From Candidatus Altimarinota bacterium (GTDB lineage: Bacteria; Patescibacteriota; Gracilibacteria; UBA1369), in NCBI GenBank assembly GCA_963677745.1, contig OY782391.1, positions 960,001-1,024,000 on the forward strand: DNA of 64,000 bases, given 5' to 3'. The notes under the pieces were generated by a model that was given only the letters and a program-made list of their open reading frames with translations, was not told the DNA's origin and made no database searches. Shown here one piece after another: positions 30,701 to 39,700 of this stretch (the stretch's first letter is position 1; every line of letters begins with the position of its first letter). A program made the translations under genes and the position numbers.

Positions 30701-33700
30701 TTGGGAAAAAGTATATAGATATCAGGAAGATCGGTCAGTTTGTTGATGATTTCCGAGCTCTGGTTGTCCAGCCAGTCTGTCAATACCGACGGGAATCCGG
30801 GCATACGGATATTGGATTTGGCGTTCACCTTAAAGCCGTAATTGCCCAAGCTGGAAGAGGCTTCAAAACCGCCTGTATAATTTTTCCCATCGGCCGTCGG
30901 CGTATCGGCCAGGCTGCCGTCGGAAACATTACCAATGGTTCCGGAAACGTCGGAAACAATACTGTTGGCCGCTCCCAGGGCCCCTTGCATAGCTTTGTTG
31001 ATAGCCTTGCATAATTCTGCAAAAGGATCGATCGGCAATACAATTGTGAAACAGTTGCCCGGCACAGGGCCAAATCCCACCAGATAAGTCCCGAAACAAT
31101 TGGCCATGGCAATTTTTCCGGTCAGAGTTGGCGACAGATAAAGACGGTACTGGGAAGCTTGAAAAGGCGACGGAGGCCAGATGGGGACAGGGCTGGGTAT
31201 GCCTGCGGCAAAAATCGGGAAGCCGGGATCGAAACCCGAGGGGATTCCCATTACGTTGATTGCACCCGGAGCCAGAAAAGCAAAATTGATCGGTAAAGGT
31301 ATGCAGCCGCCGGTACAGGTCAGAGCCGCCAAAGCGCCCTCCAGTTTATCCGCCGCCTGATCCAAAGCCGCTCCTGCACCGTCATAGAAGGCACCCACAC
31401 CCGGTATACCCGAGACGCTGTCTCCTTCGGTAGAACCGCCGCCTCCTCCGCCACCTCCGCCGGTGTCACCCATGGTTATTCCCGGGAAGGTCCCGTAATC
31501 CATCAAGTATTTAACGGCAATCGGCATCCCGTCCGGACCTTTTTGTTCGAACAAACTCAAATCTATTCCCACCGGTTTGCCGGTTTCGGGATTTGTCGGT
31601 TGTTGATAGCCGGTAGTTGCGCTGGCATTGGGATCAGGGGTGACGTAAGTCCCATAGGTCATTTGCCCCGTGCCGTTGTTTTTGCTGATTGAATAATAAT
31701 AAACCATTCTGCCGGTTGGATTGCCGTCAGGTGAAGCTGCAATGTCGGGATAACCGTCCTGCACCGGATAGGAGCTGGTCAGATTTTGACCGACCGCGAT
31801 TTTCACTTTTGGTAATTGCTTTACGGTTACCCTGTAAGTGATGGTCCGGGTTGAATTGGCAGGCAGATCGATACCGGTCGCCTCATCACTCCCCGTAATC
31901 AGATAGGGACGCAGACTCATCCCGGAGTCAATCAGTCTGATTGGCTTTTTACAGTCGGAACATTTGATGGAATCCTTATTCAGTTCCACGTTTTCCGGGA
32001 CTATGTCCGCCAGCATTAACTGGCTGACGGCTTTATTGAGAGTATTTTTCAGCTTGATGGTGTATTCCAGCTGATCCCCCAGACTCAGTACGTCAAACGG
32101 CTCGGTGATATCCTGGGCCTTCTTGGTGCTATATGTTCCAAGAGTTCCCAGAGGCACAACATCATCGGCCAGTGATTTGAATTCCAGCGTTTGATCCTGG
32201 GCAGCAGTATCGCCCTTCAAAGTAATCTTTTCAAAATATTTATCGTCCTGTGACCCTGCCTGATTGCCCTGCATATTGTCGTAATGGACAAAAACCTCTT
32301 CCTTCAGGTTGTCGGTTTGGTTAATCTTCACGCCCAGATTGCCAACCTGGCTGCCCTTCAGGTTGATCTCTCCTTTGTGGACATAGAATATTTTAACGTT
32401 GCCGTTGTCGTCGGAAACCACCAGGTCGGTAAAAGAGTCCTGATTCATGTCCGCCGCCCGCAGCATGAAAACTTTATTTTTTGCCGAATAACCTTCCAGT
32501 GCCAGATTTTTACGGACAAAATTACCCTGATTGTTGAGATAGGCATCCACGCACACTTCACCGATCTTGCAGCTGTCGGCTGTGGCGACTACCAGATCCT
32601 GCCAGCCGTCATCATTGATATCCAGGACTGCCTGGCTCAAAATCCCGGTCGGGAAATTTAGCAAGACTCCCCGTGGTAAGAATTCTTTACCGTAATTGAC
32701 GTTCTCCATCAGTTTGATGCGTCCGTCTTCGAAAGACACAAATAAATCTTTGTCGCCGTCATTGTCATAATCGATGGGCGTTACTTCTTTGACGGTTTTA
32801 TTGTCGGCCAAAATCATTTTGCCCATGTCCATCGTAAAGCCGGTGGCGGAATACAGCCGGTCCAGAGTGGTGGGGTCCCTTCTGTTATCCAGACGTACGG
32901 TGGGATCTCCCAGCACCACGCCCGCGTCGGAAGAATAAGGAAGATTGGCTTCACCGGCCGAATTGCCGGCGGAAAACAGCAGCACGTTTTTATTATCGCC
33001 TTTCAGTCCGATACCGTCTTCCTGGTCGGCTGATTCCAATGACAGATAAGGCATGCCCGGAGCTTTGTCCTTACCCAGCGGCTGACTGTCGTCGGTATAA
33101 TAATATCCCCGCGGGGCGGCGGAAGAATTACCTGAAAACGACTGCACGAAACTTCGGTCGGGCAACTCCGAAAGTTTCCTCAGATAGACCCCCGGAATAC
33201 CTGCAAGCGGTTCATCCTCCAACAATTTCACGCCGACCGGATTGGCAGTGGAGATAATCACCTGTCCCAGTTCATTGCCCATGTCGCGCAGGCTCCAGTT
33301 GATGTTGCTGGGATAATTTCCTTCACCCGTCACCAGATCAACCGTCGGGCCAAACAGCCTGACTTTAGCATCGCGTCCGATTTCAGCCAATAACTGATTG
33401 TCCCGGGTCAGGGTAATTTTTTCACCTTCATTTTCAAAAATATAATGCTGGTCTTCCGCTACCAGATTGAGAACATTAACGGTTTCATGGGTCAGGTCCA
33501 GATCGGCGGGGTCCAGAACCAGTTTGACCTGGCTTTGGGGTTTGGCGACTATACTGACTTCCATCAGCTCTTTTTTCTTGTTCAGATCATTCACCACCTG
33601 TTTTACCGGCGCATTATCCTGTCCCGTGGGTACCAGCCTGATTTCAAAACTGTTGCTGTCGTTCAGTTTGACCGCTCCCGAAGTCAACACCTCCAGCAGT

Positions 33701-36700
33701 CTCATTTTTGGTTTCGGATCGGTGATCAGGGAAGCCGCGCTCTGAACCTTTCCACTGAACACAAACCATCCTCCGAAATAATCCGTCTGCGTTACCTCGC
33801 CGAAGGATGCTCCCAGCAGATCGGCATAGAGAAATTTTGGTTTGATCTGACGCAGATCACGTCCGGCCAGTTGATTAACCACCGAAACCTCCAGATATCC
33901 GTCCAGCAAATCCTTGGCCTTGGCACGTATTCGCACCGGCCCGGTCAGTGTACCGGTCTGGAAATCGACATCGGCCTGTCCGTTTTTAACCTTAACCGCA
34001 GGCTGGGAAATGATCTGTCCGAACTTGGCGGATTCAGGATCAATCGAAAAGGTCAGAGACGTGGAATTGTCGCGTTTGACCAGATTGCCGTTGCCGTCAA
34101 AAATTTTGGCCCTAACCGTATAGCCCTGGGCCGGATCGGCTTTGACTTCCATCTGACTGCTTTCCAGGACAATCATTTTGGGATTGAAGGCGTAGTTTTC
34201 CAAAGTCAGGGAGCTGGTCGAAAGTCCCGGAATACTGGCCAAAAGTACCATCTTACCGGCTTTGGTGGAGCTTCTGACTGTAAACTTCACCAGTCCGTTT
34301 TCCAGCGGAAGAGTCAGTGAGGAAAGGGGGTTTTTTTGCGCGTCGAGGATCTGGCCCATTTCCGGATTCATCAGCTTGAGGTTGGCCTCGCCCTTAAAGG
34401 AGGAGAGATTATTGCCCAGGGCATCCTCGACGCGCACTTCCACCTGTGTGTTGTCGGTAGCATCAGCCTTCAGTTCGGGCTTGTTGGATTTGATAATCAG
34501 TTGCAGGTCATCCCTGGTCTGTACGGTTGCATCTGCCTCCACGCTTGCCGGCAGGAAAATTTGACTACCAGCCTTAAGCAGCGTGGCGGTGGAATTATTG
34601 GGAATTTCCTGGGTAACCAGTTCCGGATCCTGATAGGACACTTTGACGTTCAAACCTTCAGGGGCCTGACCGGAAAGCAATTTCAGCTGATACTGGCCGG
34701 TCACGGAGGTGACCTGTATTCCAGGCAGGGCTTTATCTTCATCCTGTTTTGGATCAAGCTGGGCAGGTTTTTCTCCTCCCGCATCCGTCTCCAGACCGAA
34801 AGTGGCCGTGTAACTGGCACTGTCGGCCAGATTACCGTTTTTATCCCGGAAAGTGGCCAGCAGATCGGTGGTTGATTTCCCGCCGCTGGGGATGATCGGG
34901 GAGACTGCTTTAAGTTCGGCTTTGGCTGGAGGAAGAGCATAAACCTCAAGCAGTTTTTCGTCACTGGGAACATTTTTCCCGTCGATTGAGGCAATCACTG
35001 TTGGCAGGCCGGTGGTGGTTTTGGTGGTCAGGGTGGTTTCCGCCACGCCGTTTTTTGCCTGTACATTCAGAGGGTAAAGCGAAGAAGTAATTCCGTCATC
35101 CTTATCCTTAAACCCGAATTTTACCACGCTGAGACTGTCATCATTTCTTAAATTGCCGTTCTCATCATAGATCGATGCCCGGATATAAAGCTGGCTTTCA
35201 CCGTCGGCCGGGACGCGGTCTGTTTCTTCCGTATTGATTTGCGCGGCATCGGCAGCGGATATGTCAGGTACCTCATAGATGGTCTTCGGACCTATTTCCA
35301 GACCGGACAGATAAGCTCCGTCACCGGCGCTTTCCAGGCCGCTGCCGCTGCCAAACAGTTTATCGTCGCCCGTATCCAGAGGATCGATTCCCAGCAGCAC
35401 TTCGGTTCCGTCCCGCACACCACCTTTATCGGTATCGGGATCAAGCGGATTGGTTTTGGTATCTTCCGTCTCACGGGAATAAGTCAGCCCGTCATCATCG
35501 TCATCACTATTGGCGTCCGGTTGGGGAGGTTTGGGGAAATCATCAGCAGGATCAAGGGGATTGGATCCGCGTAAAACTTCCTCTCCATCCTTTACCCCTC
35601 CTTTATCCGTATCGGCATCACCTGGATTGGTGCCATAAACATATTTCTCCAGATTGTCCGGGAGGCCGTCGCCGTCCTTATCATTGGTCAGACAGTTGTA
35701 TTTGTCGCTGAACCTGGAAACCATAATAGCAAATTCCACCCGGCTGATCGGCTGATTCAGCCAGATCATGAATTGACTGTTGGCCAGTCCGCCCGGCAGT
35801 CCGGAACTGGAGTTGATTATTTCCTGATCAAAATATGCTTTGAATTTATCGGACGACGGATCGTCCAGTAGCTGGAATTTTCCTCGCGGGAAAATCCCTT
35901 CTTTCTGGGCGGTCAGAACATAATTGTAATACCAGGGTTTGCCAGACAGATTTTCATTGGCCACGAATTGCGGAAAACTCTCGATCTGCTGTCTGGCCGT
36001 TTCCAGTATCACCTTGGTGGCTTCGGCTCTGGTTATGTTGGCCTTCGGTACATAATAACCGACATTCTCATAAGCTTTGTAACCGGAAATTATTCCCCTG
36101 TTTTTTCCTTCCGCCACGCAGTATTTATAATCCTGTCCGATGTCTGTATCCGGAAAAGCTGTCCGGGTATAAACTTTCATGACCGATTCTTTGACTTTCT
36201 CACTAAAGCGGTCACACATCACACAGATGCCTCCCAGATCCAGTTTGATAAATTCTTCCCTGGTGATGCTGTCGTTTGGTCTGATGTCTCCGTTACTGTC
36301 CGCCACCACCACGCCTCTGCGCAGCAGCTTAACCACCTCGTTGAAACCTTCCTGGCCTTTGGACAGATCATTAAACAACAGTTTATCCGGCAGCCGGGGA
36401 TCATTGCCCTCCGTCAGATCCTGCAGGTCGCTCTGTCCGTTTCCGTTGGTATCGGCTTTATTCAGATCGGTTCCGATCGACAGTTCTTCCAGATCGTTCA
36501 AACCGTCCTTATCCGTATCCGGAATAATCAGACCGGTTGGTGTTGTGGTGGAAACGGGAACAGTTGGCTCCTGGGCATGTGCCCGTCGTGTTGAAAATTT
36601 TGCGGCCAGCCAGTTTCCGGCCAGCAGCACTCCGGGTAATTTTGCAAAAAACTCATTTATCTCTTCATAGGGGAGTTCCGTGATTTTTTCAAAACGGCTG

Positions 36701-39700
36701 CCCACATAAAGTTCCAAAGCGGGCTGCCCATTGGAATTTTCTATCTGGAAAATCACCGGACCGTTGGTGGGGCCTTCCTTGATTTTCATTTTCAGGGCGG
36801 TAAAGGCATTGCCGCGCTTATCAATGTAACCGACTCTTCCTTTATTATCCTGGGTGTTTTTGTCGATAATCAGATATCCGCCTTTCATTATTTCTTCCTC
36901 ATTGGCACTCTGCAGACTCAGGTGGTCGCCGGCCGAGAGATCTTTCAGGTGCACGCCGTCCAGACTGGTAAAGTCTTTTGAATAGTCGGTACTGGTTGCG
37001 TCGATGTTTACGGCTTTATCACCTCCAGCCACAAAATACAGAATGGCGTAAATTTTGCCGTCTTCCTTACCGGCCACCGCCTGACGCAGAGGTTTTTTAC
37101 CGCTGGCAGCCAGTACCCGCAGTTCATATTTGTTTTTGTCGAGGATGTTGATGTAACCGGTCTTTGGATCGGTTTCCGCGATGGCATTGCCGTTACCGTC
37201 AAAAATCGAGTAGCCGGCTTCCGCGCCTTCGGTAAATTTATAGGTTGTATAACGGCGGAAAGACATTAATTTGATTCTTTCACTGGTCACTTTTAGCACC
37301 AGCACGTCACTTCTTACTTCCGGTCTGTCAGCCAGTTCGGCCTGCAGCGAAACCGTGCCGGAATTGTTTCCCGCCCCGAGCAGAAAATAGGCTTTTCCTC
37401 CTGCCAGCTGGGTGTTGTCTTCACCGATAATCGTTGCCACCGGGTCGGTGCCGCTTTCAGTTTTCAGCGTCAGTTTTACTTTGCTGTTGCTGTCCGCTTT
37501 ATTCCAGACTCCATTGTCATCCAAAGCCTGTACCATCACTTTGGTCTGATCGCTGGTTCCGCCTGCCAGAATGTTTTTACTGTTTTTGTCGTATTGCAAA
37601 GAAAGCATTACAGTCTGATCGGCCTGATCGGGAATACCGTTGCCGTCGGTATCCACCGGTACGCTGACGACCATATCCGGCGTATAGGCACTGCTATCCA
37701 CCGGTCCGGACCCGGGAAGATCTGTAAAACCTCCCGCCGGACAAGCCAGCGTCGCACCCTGGCCGGCCATAATTGACATTGTTTCTTTGGCCCATTCGCC
37801 CAGCTTCTGGAACCATTCGGTCAGGAAGACCGGCATGGATGATTCGCCATTTCCTTCTCCCGCACCCGGTGCGGAACCCGATCCTCCGCTGCCGGACTCG
37901 CCGCTGCTGGGAGGTTCCTGCCCTTTACAGGCCAGATATTTGGCAAACTGTGGATCGGTACAATCAACACTTTCCGTTTTGACTTCCTCTTTCGGCGGTG
38001 GAATGTCCTTATTGAACTTCATCGACATGGCATCCGACGCGCCTGTGGAATTCAGATATAAAACCTCATAGCCGTTTTTGGATTCGGAAAGTGGAGTGAA
38101 AGGATTATTGGCACTGCCCCAATAATGGCTGAGCGCATAATTGTGTTTCTGATCAATATCAAAACTCTTCCACTGCAGGGCGTCCGCCAGTTTGCTCTCG
38201 GAGGCCACACTTACTTCGTCCAGGGCGGTATTCATCACATCATTGCTGAGAGCGGGTTCCAATATTCCGGTCAGATAACCGTTTACTGAAGGCAGTTCCG
38301 GATCTGCGTAAAGAGGGTTTACTTCGATCAGTGATAATTGCTGCTCCAGGTCGGCCAGCTGTTGTTTCAGCTCCGTCACATTCGCGGCGCGGAAGGAATT
38401 GGGATAAACAATTTCCTGATAATTACCCTTGGAATCGCGGAAGGTGGCGTAGCGCGGACTGTCAATCGGAATACTCAAAGCACTGCGGGTTTCTTTTTTT
38501 ACGGTGATGGTTTGCCCCTCATTATTGGGATCGGGTACGGTTTTGGTGGCGACCTGATATTTCCCGTTCAGTTTTTTCTCCTGATCGGACAAGGTGTTAT
38601 CTTCGAGCAGATTGCCGTTGGCATCGCGGGCCAGCTCATAGGTTTGCGATTGGATGGTGTCGATGGTCGGATCCTTATGGTAAACCAGCGAACTGATCTT
38701 TTTGCCGACCAAAGGCGCAACTTTGATATAAACTTCCTTGGTGCCCGGAATAACGTTATTTCCGAATTTCAGTGGTTTGACCTTTCCGTCAGGATCATTT
38801 TCATTAATGCGTAATTTTTGCAGAAGTTGTTCGCCAACCTGATTCCAGTTGGGTTGGCCGTTCTGGTCAATCGGGAAAAATTGCAGATTGGCTTCCGCCG
38901 CCTCGTCAATTTGTCCGTCGCTGTTGTCATCCACGCGGTTGCCTCCCAGAAATTTTTTCAGGACATCTTCCAGATTGACGCTGAAAGTTCCCAGATTTGG
39001 GTCGGCTTGTGCGGCATCGATTGTTGCCTGGGGAATGATTAGGGCCGGTTCCATTTCGGTCGGCGGCGCATTGGTAATATCCAGCAGCTTGATTTGTTTG
39101 GGGGGCTGATAGATGGCAGCCTGTGAGGGTTTTTCAGGATCGTAGGAAGCCTTGCCTTCCGGAGTTTGTTGGGCGGCGATATGTTTCAGGTAAATATTGG
39201 CGGCCAGGGCAAAAGCGTCAAATCCGTTCTTTTCCTTCAGGTCAAAACAGGCCTGATGGCTGGTGGCATTCTTGGGAATTCCGGTAACCTGTCTGGTACC
39301 TCCCAGACTGAAGATGTAGCGGGTGGCCAGGGCAGGAAAACATCGGGTAGGTTCTTTGACGTTCTCAGAGAAGCATCCGGCGAAGGATTTGTTCAGTATC
39401 CTCTGGTCATTCAGCCATTTAAAAATTGTAGGTGTGTGGGCTGCAGTTGGCAAAAACTGAAACACTCCTTCATCCAGAAAATTTTCCGGTCCGTTATTCC
39501 AGTGCCAGAGCAAGCCGTGATAGTCATTGCCATCGGTGCCGGTCAGCGCGTCCTGTGGGTAACTGTTCCAGGATTCGGGCATCCTGGGCGTGGAGGCCGC
39601 GTTCAGATTGGCGGAGGGATCATAAAGGGTGGAGGCAATCACCATCTGGCTGTTCTCGTCGCCTTCCGACCCGCGGTAAAGGGAGCACTCGGAAATATCT

